Shown here: positions 37,715 to 50,452 of the stretch, piece by piece | Numbering within the stretch: the stretch's first letter is position 1 | Layout: each line of letters starts with the position of its first letter | Assembly (NCBI GenBank): GCA_976551045.1 | Contig: CDPCPM010000103.1 | Span: forward strand, 4,526,001 to 4,590,000 | Reading direction: 5' to 3' | Source: Glaucostegus cemiculus | Taxonomy: Eukaryota | Length of the DNA: 64,000 nucleotides | Made by a program: the position numbers and the translations under genes | The notes under the pieces: generated by a model | Database searches by the model: none | What the model saw: the letters and a program-made list of their open reading frames with translations, nothing else | What the model was told of the DNA's origin: nothing

Positions 37715-38872
37715 ATATTGCAAAAAGTTCAATGAAATCCCAAAGACTAGTTGGGACAAGAATCAGAATGGCATGCTGGACAGTTCTGGTCCTTTTTTAA
37801 TTATTGGTTTATGTGACGTTGCACTGGAAAAGTTCATGATTGCTATAATGGAGCATTGTGGTGAGAAAGGAAGTACTGCAGGTATTCAATGTGCATGGAG
37901 GAAATAAATTAGGCCAGAAAGGTGAAAGATCTGGGTGAAAAAGTATAGAGTTTAAGGTAAAAAATCAAGCCCATGTCTTCATTAACAAAGTAATAGCATT
38001 TCATGGAAAGATTTATGAGAAATAAATTATACAGACACTGAGAAATATAAACCTGCAAATGTTAGAGTTGAAAATATTAGGTTTATAAAAATCATAAGAG
38101 TGACTATAACACAGGAAGCAATCTGCAGAGATCAGTCCTCTGATCATTCCCCATTTCTTCATTGCTTTCAAGGAATGAAGAAAATGCTCTTGTCAGTATG
38201 TTCTGGCACCTTTAAGGAGAAAGACTTTATGCTTTTCTCTGAAATATTCAGCTGGCAAACAATTACAGCAGGACTGACTGGCTACAAAATATTATTTTTC
38301 AAGTTATATTTCATAACATATATCTAGTTTTCTCTTGACTAATGCTTGAATTGGCTTGTGCATTCACCACTAACTCCACCCCACCTATCCTGCATATCTA
38401 TTCCATAAATTCATCACCTTCCGTGTAAAGTTGTTAAATCTGAACTCTGACCCTCTCTATATTTTGATTTAATCTTGGGCTGTGATTGCATTTATTGTTC
38501 ATCACTGATTTCCCTGATGGTGACCATTGGAATCCCAATTGTGATGGTGCCTCACTATGATTATCTTTGAAAGTTTATGTTGATCAGCCATGAAGCTGCA
38601 TGTTACTCAGCCTCAGTAGAACTGGTAAGACCTTACCTGAAGGTACTTTTATTATCCCAGAACTAGTTTGATAAACATTGCAGAGATGCCATAACCCCAA
38701 GGACAGATTTAGCTCAATAAGAAACCTCCGCAACTCAGTCCCGGGGCAGTTAGTAATGAACAGTAGATGTACCAACAGATATTCTCTCAGATTATTGTTC
38801 AAAATAATCTCCCCTTTACTTATGTTTAGCAGACTGATAAATGATTCCCAGATTTAGCAACAAGCCCTATGT

Positions 38873-38993
38873 GGGGTCTTGATTCAGAATGACAACAGTT
38901 CCTTTCTCCCCACAGATGCTGCTCGACCAGCTGAGTTCCTCCAGCAGTTTTCTTTTTGCTCCATATTCCAGCATCTGCAGTCCCTTGTATCTC
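38873..38993 (+). mobile_element. Penelope-like terminal repeat fragment
   Basis: CACAGATGCTGCTCGACCAGCTGAGTTCCTCCAGCAG...TTCCAGCATCTGCAGTCCCTTG; it begins in the hammerhead stem II region (GGGGTCTTGA). Confidence 0.8.
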
Positions 38994-41842
38994 TATCTAG
39001 CTGTAAGATCATACAAAAAGGCCAGTAAACACTGCTGACAGTGACTCTGATCGAAGCATTTGTGTTTGTTGCAAATACAGAAAATATGCTGCTGTCCATG
39101 TAGATTGTAAACTATCCTCTCTGTTCTCAGTGTTAGTTTACTGACTTGCTAAGTTACAAGGTAAACCAGGAAGAAACTCACAGGTATTTATTGTACACAG
39201 GGTCAGAATTTAACCATAAAACATATTAATTTTTGCTGGTTTTGACTATCATATTTTAATTCTGCTAAGATTACCTATAATTTCTCCAAAAATAAATGTA
39301 ATAGAACATGACAAATTATCTACAAAAATTAAATCAGTGAGGCAAGTAGAAATTCTGTAGTCGGTCCTCCTAATGCAGAATTACATGGCTAACTGGCCAA
39401 AGCCTGGGCAATAGCATAAGAAAGATCCCCATGACAAAAGACTTGCAGGTTAATACTTATTTTAAATTGTATTATGGACAAACAAACAAGTATTTAAGAA
39501 ATGCTAAAGATTCTAGGGACAGAGCCAACAAGTTATAAGTGCAAACAAATATTGTAAGAGTAGGAGGCAAAATCAAAAGTATAAGGACCCTTTAACAAAT
39601 TTCACCATAAAACACTGGCCTTTGGAACTGTGGCAGAGCATCATAAAGCAATTTACAAGAGATGTGGAGAAACTGGAGGAAGGGGTAATAACTTCACCAC
39701 ATTAGTGAAATGTTAGCCTTATAGATCATTCAAAGTTATCATGCTCTAAATTTAATTTAGCTACAGATTATGCAATTAGGTCATTTGCCACGAACTATCT
39801 TTTGTAATCTGTTGTATTGAAACATATAATAGCCAGCGAATATTATAATGTTTCTCATATAAAAGTAATCTTTCCTGTAATGTTAAGAAACCATTAAAGA
39901 ACTCAGCCTTTTGCTGTATGTTGTGAAATCATGGTGATTTTTGACATTAGTAAATAACGTAGGTGTACGACTCAATAAGGGTTCTCAGCAATTAAAATTC
40001 TGGAGATATATAAATATGTGTAAAGTAGTATATATGGCTTTTTGGCCTTCCTCTTGTTGCTTGTGTGATCATCCAGATGCCTTAACTGTATGCTATGTAA
40101 TCTTATATGTCACACTCAAACTGCATGCTTATTATCTGAATTTTATTTTGAAGGATTTATCATCTTTGTAAATTTTGATCTAATATATCAAATCATTTGA
40201 CATTTTATTCACCAATTACAATAGGAAATATGAATCATGAATGATAAATTATGCTTGTCAATATTGTTTTGCGCTCCCACTCATGATCTGTAATACCAGT
40301 GTAAACTATTTCATGAGGAATAGCATGCTACAATTAAAAAAAATCTGCCTGTGGCTTTGTTCAGTGTCAACTATAAAGACATGGATGGCCAAGCTCATGT
40401 AAAGGCAACTTTTCATGTTGTCTTGAATTTCTGCCACATTGATCTTGGTGATGTCAAAGGAACAGATGCCATACGTATATACGTTTGAAGGAAAGATTGG
40501 CAATATGTCACAGTATAAAGCAAAAACCATATGTAGGATGGATTATACATCAATGCAATTATGATAGCATCAACCAGACAGCTGTTCTACTCCAATAAAG
40601 ATAAAACTAAATGATAAAACTGAATGATATTTCCCTAAAATAAGTAAATTTCACATGAACCAACATAATTTGTGAACGTGTTTATGTAAATTAGTTCACT
40701 TAAAATTTGCAAATTTCTGTGTCTAGCTTGTTAAAGTAAATTGAAGCATAAAACATTCATTTTAAATCATAGAAATGAAAAATCACAGATTAAGATGTTT
40801 CAGATTAAGGGATGGTGCAATGTTTTATGTGTGAACTAATTATCACTATATGACCATTTAATGAATAATATGGCACTCCCAGCCCAATTAAGCTGATGTA
40901 ACAGCATTTAGCTTATTTTCCCATTTGAAAAAGCCAAGAAGAGATCATTGTTAAGGACCATCTTGTGTTTGCTGGATGAAGTCCCAATTACTTCTTGCTG
41001 TTTTATATGTGTATTACTGTTGCTATGGAGCTCACTAAAACTAGTTAAGCTGCATATAGCTCTCTGCTTGGAGTGAATGTTGTACAGTTCATGGAGTATG
41101 GCAGTTTGTGACTTTCATTACTTAGTTTAGAACAGAAGAATCAAGCAGTGTCAGCAATCCACCTGATTACATTCCAAGTCTCCATTATTGGACTTTGTAT
41201 TAGTCACTTCATTTTCCACATTTCCTCATGTAGCTTAAGCCAGATGTTTTGGAAAGGCATTTTGAATTGTTTCCATTAGGCCTATTCTAAGCTTCATAGA
41301 GTAGCTTAACAATGGGGCTACCGTCCTGGAAGCAGGTGAAGGGGGTCAAATAAATAGAGCCCACATGATTTTTCACATAACCAGAATAAAAAAAGTTTTC
41401 TTTTCTCTCTTGATGTGAATCCAGTTATTACAAATGTGACCATTCAACAAAAATAATTAGTTGCATGCTGATTAATTATATAATTTGTGCAACTATTAAA
41501 AGCCTATATTTTACACTAAAAAAGAACTCTTTGTAAAACTCCTTGGAGCCAGCAACATTAGTGAATCTAATCTGGAATGCTGCCTGTATCAACAATATCT
41601 ATCAGAATAAAAATCTAGTATTTAAATGAATTCTCATAATTCCCTACTTCTGGCCTCATTTTATATTTGAGGTTTCTTTTGAATTATGATATGGACAAAT
41701 AACCATAGGAATGACAAAAAAAGCTACATCACAAGCTTGTGGTACACAGGGGATAAGTAAACTCTACTGCCAAGAAGGAAGCACTGGATAATATAAACTT
41801 TATGGAACATGTGATATCAGTTTTAAGCTGTTCTTCAGCCTC

Positions 41843-41994
41843 NNNNNNNNNNNNNNNNNNNNNNNNNNNNNNNNNNNNNNNNNNNNNNNNNNNNNNNNNN
41901 NNNNNNNNNNNNNNNNNNNNNNNNNNNNNNNNNNNNNNNNNNNNNNNNNNNNNNNNNNNNNNNNNNNNNNNNNNNNNNNNNNNNNNNNNNNNNN
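41843..41994. other. Assembly gap (152 N)
   Basis: Run of N. Confidence 1.
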
Positions 41995-43998
41995 TTTTAG
42001 GTATTTGTATTATTTAAGATTTTAATTAGTGTAAAACTGATAAAAAACAGCTGGATCTATAATTGTCATTTCAAAACAGTGGGTTTCTTGGACAAGGTCG
42101 AGTTATTAGAATGCTTATTTACACCCCCAGGACCTTTTTGTTCCATTGGGGGTGTCTATCACTTGCCATTAAGTGTACATGTTTAGAAATTGCATGCAGA
42201 GTATCAGCAGTCTTGTCTGAGATTCCCCACTATCCCAGCCAAGCTAGTACTGCCCATGCATTTTCTTCATCATTTCAGTGAGTTCTGTATGTGAGCCAGC
42301 ACATTCTTAAGCAAATGATCCAGTAAGCATGGTTACTGGCTCCTGAGCACAGGCTGTCTGAGTGTCAGCTCTTACTACTTAGCGGGAGTTTTTGAGTAAC
42401 TGAAAGCACAAGTTCAGGTTATCAGTTTGATCAGAGTTGTTAGGGTAAATTGCAGTTTTATTTAGGTAGCTGATGCATTCAAGGAGGAAGCCATGTTCTT
42501 TAAATCTTCGGACTGGAATTGTTGACGCCTCAGGTACTCTGGCTTTACAATGAATGACTGCTGTGTTGACTTTGTCTAATTATAGGGGAGTGGCAACAGA
42601 AGCAATGATGGGCAGCGTCACACTTGGTGGGATAGTTGAGAAAGTCTGCCACAGCCATGGAGAGCGAGACAAGACAGACCAATGACTGACACAAAAATGG
42701 CTCTTCACTTGGCAAGAAATGTAGACAAATTGGCAGTGTTGCATGATGTTGCTTTACTTTTAACTGGGACTTTGACTGATGAAACAATTGCCAAAATGTC
42801 TGTCAGATTTAAACAGTTGATCTACAGTGCCTGTTGGCATAAGTGGCAGAAGTGAAAGATAAATGTAATGGCAATGATTCTAAGATAACAACCGATAATA
42901 ATTAATGAGTAAAATCTCACTACAGTAAAAGCTATCCTCTGACAGGTTAATTTAATTACATCCAAAATTACTACCCAGAAGTGAGTATTTAAAAAAATAA
43001 GAAAAAAGTTAAGTTGATGGAGTAAAGGAACACAATACGTAGAAAGATATATGTGTGTCTTTAAGCACACAGTGACTGGCACCACAGCAACAATTTAAGG
43101 TTTTAGAAAAGTTCTTAGAGTAGAGTCAATCTGCATCAATGAACAATGTAGGTCCAATCTGACTATGCCCAAGATCAAGTAAAATGCAGTATCAATCTGC
43201 CACTACATATAGCGTAGGATCTATCAGTGAAAATTAACTACATAGGACCAATCTCTGGCCATGCACTGTGTGGAATCAGTCTGCCACTATGTACAGTGTA
43301 GGATCAACCTGCCACTCATAAGACTCCAGGTTTAGTCTGTGATAATGAATACTGCAGAATAAATCTATCACTATGTGCAGTGCAGGATCAATCTGTGACT
43401 ATGAGTATTATAGATCAGTCTCTGAATGTGCATCATGTAGGTTCAGTCTGTGACTGTAAGTAGTGTCCAACCAATCTGCAACTTTAACGATAGAATCAAT
43501 CAACAAATATGTGTGGTATAGGATTAACCTGTGACCATGCATATGGTAGAATCAACCTTTTGCTATAGACAGTGTAGTATCAAACAACAAGTATAAATCT
43601 AACAAAAACAGCAAACAGCAAAGCAGATCTATCTTTGGTGTAAAATCAGTCTGTGCCCATGAATAGTGTAAGATCAATCAGTGGCTAAGAACTATATAGG
43701 ATGAATCTGCAGCAATTAACAGTGTAATATCATTCTAGGACTATGTACCGTGCAGAATTCATATGTGACTATGATTCAGGAACAACAGTAATGGAGTATA
43801 ATGCAGAATCAATATGTGATTATTTGCATTGTAAGCTCAGTTTGTGAGTATGTTCTGGATCAATTTGTGACTACATGCAGCATAGGATAAGCTTGCAGCT
43901 ATGAGCACTGTATGACTATGCAGAGTCTAAGACCGTAAATAAGTGAAGTGTCAGACCATTCTATGACCATGAATACTGCAGTATACTGATTGATACTG

Positions 43999-44042
43999 AT
44001 TGTAATAAATTGATTAATACTCATTAATCAATTTATTACAAT
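43999..44042. repeat. Perfect 20-bp inverted repeat with 4-nt loop
   Basis: ATTGTAATAAATTGATTAAT-ACTC-ATTAATCAATTTATTACAAT. Confidence 0.97.
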
Positions 44043-44187
44043 GAATACAGTAAGATTAGTCTGTAACTTTGTCCAGTGTAAGATCAATCTGTGAGAATGA
44101 ACTCAGTAGAATTAATCTCTACCAATGTGCAATGTGGGATCAATCAGCAATTACAAATATTGCTTCAATCTTGACACTGTACAATTC

Positions 44188-44980
44188 CTAGTGGAGTGCC
44201 ACAGGGACCAGTGCTGGGGCCTCAGATATTTACAATCTATATTACTGACTTGGATGAGGGTTCCAACTGCACTGTACCCAAATTTGTTAATGATACAAAG
44301 ATATGAGGGTCAGCAAATTGTGAGGAAGACACAAAGAGTATGCAAAGGGGTATAGGTGAAATAAGTGAGTGGAGAAGTTGACAGATGGAATGTCATGTGG
44401 GAAAATGTGAGGTTATCCATTTTGGAAGGAAGAATGAAAAAGCAAATCATTATTATAGTGATAATATAAAATGAAACAGTACAAAGAATTCTGGGGAGTA
44501 TACTCTCATTGGAGGTACAGAGATGGATCCCTATGGTCATTGTTGGTATGAAGGGGTTGATGTATGAGGAGAGGTCAAACAGGCTGGGCCTGCAGTAATT
44601 TTATATCAGAAGAATGAGAGGCAATCTTACTGAAACACTGAGGAGGATTGACAGGGTGGATGCTGAGAGGATGTTTCACGCAGTAAGTGTGGCTAGAACT
44701 ACAGGATATAGTTAAAGAATCAAGGGTTGTCCATTAAGATAGAGGTGAGAAGGAATTGCTTCTCTCAAATGATGGTGACTCTTTGGAATTCTTTACCCCA
44801 GAAAGCTGTGGAAGCAGAGTCATTGAATATATTCAGAGTGAAGAGTGACGAAATGATATGAGGAGGGAGCGGTAATCGGTGTTGGAGCCAAGACTGGATC
44901 AGCCATGATCTTACTGGATGGTGGAGCAGGCACAAGGAGCCAATAGGTCTACTCCTGCCCTTGTTTCTTATATTCCTATG
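44188..44980 (+). mobile_element. CR1 LINE (RT region to 3' tail) inserted in the 28-bp array
   Basis: Translates SGVPQGPVLGPQIFTIYITDLDEG...KFVNDTKI. Tail CTACTCCTGCCCTTGTTTCTTATATTCCTATG. Confidence 0.9.
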
Positions 44981-45091
44981 CTCATTGTAGGATCCATCTG
45001 TGACTATGAAGATTTTATCATTAAGATGAGATAATGAGCAGCATTGGATCAGTCTGTGACAATGAATGGCACAGAATGAGTCTATGTTTGT

Positions 45092-45600
45092 GTCAAGCCT
45101 GCTCTGCCGATTAACAGGAACATGTCTGAGCTTCTACCACAACATCCTTTACCTACCCTATCCCAACATCCCTTGATTCCAAGAGTATCCAAAAATGTGA
45201 CAATCTCTGTTCTGAATGAAACCATTTAATGAACCTCCACAACCCTCCTGCATGGAGAATTCCAAAGATCCACCACCCTATGAGTGAAGAAACTTCTCCT
45301 TGTTTCTGTACTAATTGGCTTACCCTTTATTTTGAGATTGTAATCTTTAGTTCTTGACTCATCAACCTGGGAAAACATCCTTCCTGTATAAATCCTTTCA
45401 AGACCTTTCAGAAACTTGTACCTTTCATTGTGGTTGTCTCTCAATCTTTTAAACTCTAAAGAACAGAGGTCTAGCTTTCTCAATTTCTCTTCATATGCCA
45501 TCCCTGGAACCAGTCTAGTGAATCTTCACTGCACTCCACCCACAGCAAGTTTATTTTTGTTCAGGTAAGGCAATTTGAATGTACAGTACTTCAGGGGAGG
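45092..45600 (-). mobile_element. CR1 LINE fragment
   Basis: ORF 45226-45501: YEEKLRKLDLCSLEFKRLRD...FFTHRVVDLWNSP. Confidence 0.88.
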
Positions 45601-47358
45601 CCCAATGTATCAATCTGTGACTATGACTGCTCCAGGATTAAGCTATGAGAAGAGTACCATGGCTATTGTCATTCCAGGATCAATGAATACTCGAGCATCA
45701 ACCTGGGACTGAATACTACAGAATCAATGTATGAGAATGTGTAGTAAGGGGTCAATCTGCCACTGCACCTCAATTCCAGTCCCTCTGTTACAATAAATTC
45801 TGTACATTATAAGACGTGATCTGTGTACAGTGTGAGATCAATGCAACCATCAATACTGAAGGATCAATTTATGACAATGTACAGTGCAGGATCAATCCAT
45901 GACCATGAATACAGTAGGACCAATGTTTGAGATCTGGAATCAGCCTGTGTCTGTGTATAAATTAAGGGCATTCTGCAACTTTGAAAACTTTAGGAATAAT
46001 TCAGGATCAATCCATGATGGTACAGTGCTATATCAAGCAGTCTCTGAATACTTTAAGTGTCTTAAGAGGTAACTATATGTAGTACAGGACCAATTAGCAG
46101 TTATGTATGCTGTGGTATTAATCTGTAATTATATACAATGTAGAATCAACCTCTGACTGTGAATACTGTAGGAGTAATTTATGACCATGTTCAGTATGGA
46201 ATTAAGCTGTAGCTTTGTACTCAAGAGGATCTATCTGTAACAATGTACATGGTAAGATTTATCAATGACTGTACAGCTTAAAATCAATCTGCCACTCTTG
46301 AAGAATACTGCAGGATCAATCTGAATATGAATGTACTAGGATGAGTTTACAATTATTAATACTGTCCATCTGTGACTGTACACAGAATAGGTTCAGTTTG
46401 CTACTATGGGTAATCTAGGGTCAATCTGTGACCATGAAAACTGTAGGATAGATCTGAGACTACTCAAGCATAGGATCAATCTGTAACTATGCAGTGTAGG
46501 TTCATTCTGTGACTATGAACTGTATAAAATCAGTATGTGAACCAAACCATGCTATGATCAATGTGTGAGTATTTGTAGTTCATGATCAATCAGTCACTAT
46601 GAATACAGTAAAATCAATCTGTCGCTCTGTCTGCGTATAGTGCAGGATCAGTCTGTGACTACAAATAGTATAGGACCAGTGAAATGTGATATCAATATGT
46701 GACCATATACAGTGCAGTATGAGTCTTTAGCTATGACTGTTGTAGGATCATTGTGATAAAAAGCAGTGTGTTATCAATCTGTGACCATGTACAGTATGGA
46801 GTCAATCTGTGACAGTACAGTCTAGGATCAATTTGCGACTTTGTTCAATGCAGGGTCAAATTGTGACAATGAATTCTGTAGAATTATATGTGCCACTGTG
46901 AACAGTATAACTTCAACCTGTGAAAATAAGCAGTGCAAGATCAATTTTTGACTTAATAAAGTACAGGATGATTCTGTGACTATGTATGCTTTAGGATCCA
47001 CCTGCAGCTACGAATACTGTCAGACTAATCTGTAACTATGTCCAGTGTAGGATCAATTTGTGAGCAGATCAATTTGTCAATATGTACAGTTTAGAATCAA
47101 ACTGTGACCATGTATAGTGTCAGATCATCTTTTGTCGATCGGCATTGTGAGATCAAGCTATACTTATGAACAGCATTAGGTCAATCCAAGTAATGGATAT
47201 TATTGTGGCTATGAGTAGCACAGCATCAATTTATGACTATAAATAGTGTTGGGTTGACCTATATACACTGGAGGGCCATTCTGCTTCTACATAGAGTGTC
47301 AAATTAGCCTGTGAATAGGAACAAAGTTGGATTAATCTGTGATAATGAACACTGTCAA

Positions 47359-48525
47359 AGGAACATGAAAACACAGAAAACAGAAGCAAGAGTAGGCCAT
47401 TTGGCCCTTTCAGCTGCTCCATCATTCAATATCATCAGGATATTAGAGGAACAGAGGGATCTCGGGGTCCAAGTCCATAGATCCCTCAAAGTTGCCATGC
47501 AAGTTGATAGGGTTGTTAAGAAGGTGTAAGGTGTGTTGGCCTTCATTAGTGGGGGGATTGAGTTCAAGAGCCGTAAGGTAATGTTGCAGCTCTATAAGAT
47601 CCTGATTGGAACATACTTAGAATATTGTGTTCCATTCTGGTCACCTCACTACAGGAAGAATGTGAAAGCTTTAGAAAGGGTCCAGAGGAGATTTACCAGG
47701 TTGCCAGCTGGATTGGAGAGCACATCTTATGAGGATAGGTTGAGTGAGCTGGGGCTTTTCTCTTTGGAGTGAAGGAGGATGAAAGGCGTGTACAAGGTGA
47801 TAAGAGGCATAGATCGAGTGGATAGCCAGACTTTTTCCCAGGGCGGAAATGGTTAACACAAGGGTGCATAATTTTAAGGTGATTGAAGGAAAATACAGGG
47901 AGGATATCAGAGGTAAGTTTTTTTTAAAACACAGAGTGTGGTGGGTGCATGGAATGCGCTGCCAGCAGTGATTGTGGAGACAGACACATCAGATACATTT
48001 AAGAGACACTTAGATAGGCACATGGATGAGAGAAAAATGGAGGGGCATGTAGGAGAGAATGGCGCACAACAAGGTCGGCACAACATTGTGGGTCTAAGGG
48101 CCTGTACTGTGCTGTAATGTTCCATGTGCTAGCATGACTGATCCTCTATCTTAATGCTTTATTACCAGTCTTTCCCAATACCTCTTGATGCTTTTGCTTT
48201 GATCTATTGACCTCATTCATAAGTATATTCATCAACTTGGCCTCCACTGTTCTCTGTTCTCCTCATCTTAGTCCTAAATGTCTTAGCATGCAGATGTGGC
48301 TCCTCATTCTGGACACCCAGCCAATGAAATATCCTCCCTTCATCCAGTCCATCTCACCCAGTCAGAACTTTGCATGTTTCAATGAGATCTCCTCTCTATC
48401 TTCTAAACTCTAGTGAATCCAATCTCATTCATACAATAGTCTTGCCATCCCAGAGGTCATTCTGGAGGACCTTTGATGTACTTCCTCAAAGATGTTTATC
48501 CTTTTTTAGGTTAGGAGACTTAAAA
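47359..48525 (-). mobile_element. Older CR1 (pieces 47359-47436 and 48133-48525) split by a younger CR1
   Basis: The antisense tail GAGTAGGCCATTTGGCCC...TCAATATCATC resumes as CATGACTGATCC after the nested insert. Confidence 0.75.
47437..48131 (+). mobile_element. 5'-truncated CR1 LINE nested in another CR1
   Basis: EEQRDLGVQVHRSLKVAMQVDRVVKK and YLEYCVPFWSPHYRKNVKALERVQRRFTR. Tail AAGGGCCTGTACTGTGCTGTAATGTTCCATG. Confidence 0.93.
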
Positions 48526-49718
48526 TGTCAACAATCTGTGATGATATACAATGTAGGATCTTCTTGTTATTATGAATACACTAGGATCAATCTTTAACAA
48601 TAATTAGCATAGGCTCTAACTAAGGCAATATTCAGTGTAAAATTGATCTGTGACTGTGTAGAGTGTTGCATCAATCTTTGACCTTCAAAACTTAGATCAA
48701 TCTGCAACTTTAGGTAGTGTAAGAACAATGTGTGGACCAGAACACTCAATAATCTGTCAACGTCTGGTCATTTCTTTGACTATGCGCATTTAAGATCACC
48801 ATGAACAGCAGTAGATCAATCTGAGACGACATACATTGTAGGATTAATCTGCAACTGCAACTGTTGTAGAATCAATCACAGTAGGGTCATTATTGAAATG
48901 TAAATACCCATATAATCAATCTTTGACTATGGATAGTGTAAAATCAATCTGTGACAATGTACAGTTTAAATTAATTCTGTTTTTATGTACAGCATCAGAT
49001 CAATCTGTTACAACGTATATTGCAGGACTAATTTCTGACTATGCACAATGTCAAATTAATTCATGGCTGTATCCAATGTAATAACAACAATGAATATTCC
49101 AAAATCAACCTTTGAAAATGAATATTGTGGGATCAATCTGTGACTAGGACTGCACGGTGTAGGATCTTTGACTGTACAATAAAGGATCAATTTGCCACTA
49201 TGAGTACTGTAGGATCAATCTGTGATTTTGTGCAGTTTGGTATCAATCTGTGACTATGTAATCTGTACGATAAATGTGATAAGTAAGTTCTCTGGAATCA
49301 ATCATGAGAATGTAGTATCAATCTGTGAGTATTTACTGTGCAGGATAAATCTGGACTATAAGAATAATCTGTGGGCCTTGTACAGTGGAAGATCAGCCTG
49401 TGGCAATGCATAGCACTGGACTAATCCATGAGAACAGACACTGTAGAATCAATCTGCAACGTGAATACTCTAAGCTCAGCCTGTAACTATGAACAGCATA
49501 GAATCAATCTGTGACTGAAAAATGTTGGATCAGTTTGTTACCTTGGACATTGCAGGATCAATCTGTTGCAATGAATATTGTGTTTTGAATTCCAGTACCA
49601 TAATTAGTGAGCTCAGTTAAAGTTTTGCCTACAAAACAATATGTAGCCAAGTACAAGAATTAGTTGTAAGTCATTGAGCCTCATTGATAAACATTTGATA
49701 ATAGAAATCATGTAACAG

Positions 49719-49787
49719 GTGTGTGTGTGTGTGTGTGTGTGGGTGTGTGTGTGGGTGTGTGTGTGTATGTGTGTGTGTGTGTGTGTG
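49719..49787. repeat. (GT)n microsatellite
   Basis: About 34 GT units with a few interruptions. Confidence 0.98.
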
Positions 49788-49837
49788 AGAAAGAACAATT
49801 TGTATAAGAACAATCTATAAGAACAATTTGTAGATAC

Positions 49838-49988
49838 AAACAAAAGAAAATGTTAAATGGAGATACTCAGCAGGTTAGGCAGCATCTGTAGTGGTAGAGA
49901 GGACATTAACTAGAAATATTAGCCATTTATCTTTGCACAGATACTATCTGATCTGCTAAGTGTCACCAACACATCTTGTTTTTAGTTA
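49838..49988. mobile_element. Old inverted pair of Penelope-like terminal repeats
   Basis: ATACTCAGCAGGTTAGGCAGCATCTGT...TTAAC faces ACAGATACTATCTGATCTGCTAAGTGT. Confidence 0.7.
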
Positions 49989-50452
49989 AGTGCAGTTATG
50001 TGTTTGACATTTAAAAATTGGCAGGCTGTCCAAGGCTGTCAGGGCATTCTGGGATGGGAGCTCAGTGCTATCCCGCCTGTGTCCTTGTTGCCTCTCCGGT
50101 GCCGAGAGTTTACTCATTCAGCATACGGAAAATGTAAGGGCAGGTGGGCAGGTCAGCAGGCACCATGTGTGGTGAGTCTGGTCAGCAAACTCTAGTGTGA
50201 TAAAAATACATGCTTAATTTACAATGATATTCAATCCAGATCCATCTGCAAAGAAGTAATTGCAGAAGATCTTTGAGTGGACAACTTAACACAGGAAGAT
50301 TTGTGCATATAAACTCACAGAATGCATTCTGTCACCCAAATTATGTGAAAAGAAGAAAAGAAGAAAAAAATTGAAAAAATGCAATTACTATTGAGCCACT
50401 TCATGATATGTCAATGAATGTTATAACCAAAGTCTTTATATTCAGCAAACAA

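Larger units (their letters stand above)
43119..49580. repeat. Degenerate 28-bp tandem array, consensus about ATCAATCTGTGACTATG(AATAC/TACAG)TGTAGG, interrupted by CR1 insertions
   Basis: Consecutive 28-mers from 43275: ATCAGTCTGCCACTATGTACAGTGTAGG / ATCAACCTGCCACTCATAAGACTCCAGG / TTTAGTCTGTGATAATGAATACTGCAGA / ATAAATCTATCACTATGTGCAGTGCAGG. Blocks at about 43119-44187, 44981-45085, 45605-47357 and 48525-49580. Confidence 0.92.

Noticed and set aside
41802-42017. ORF spanning the N run
   Set aside because: It is an artefact of the assembly gap.
43119-49580. The 28-bp array as a CRISPR array or a C2H2 zinc-finger exon
   Set aside because: Units are contiguous with no unique spacers and there are no cas genes in this eukaryotic DNA. 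The period is 28 nt rather than 84 nt, the ORF track shows only short ORFs, and there is no CxxC/HxxxH or TGEKP pattern.
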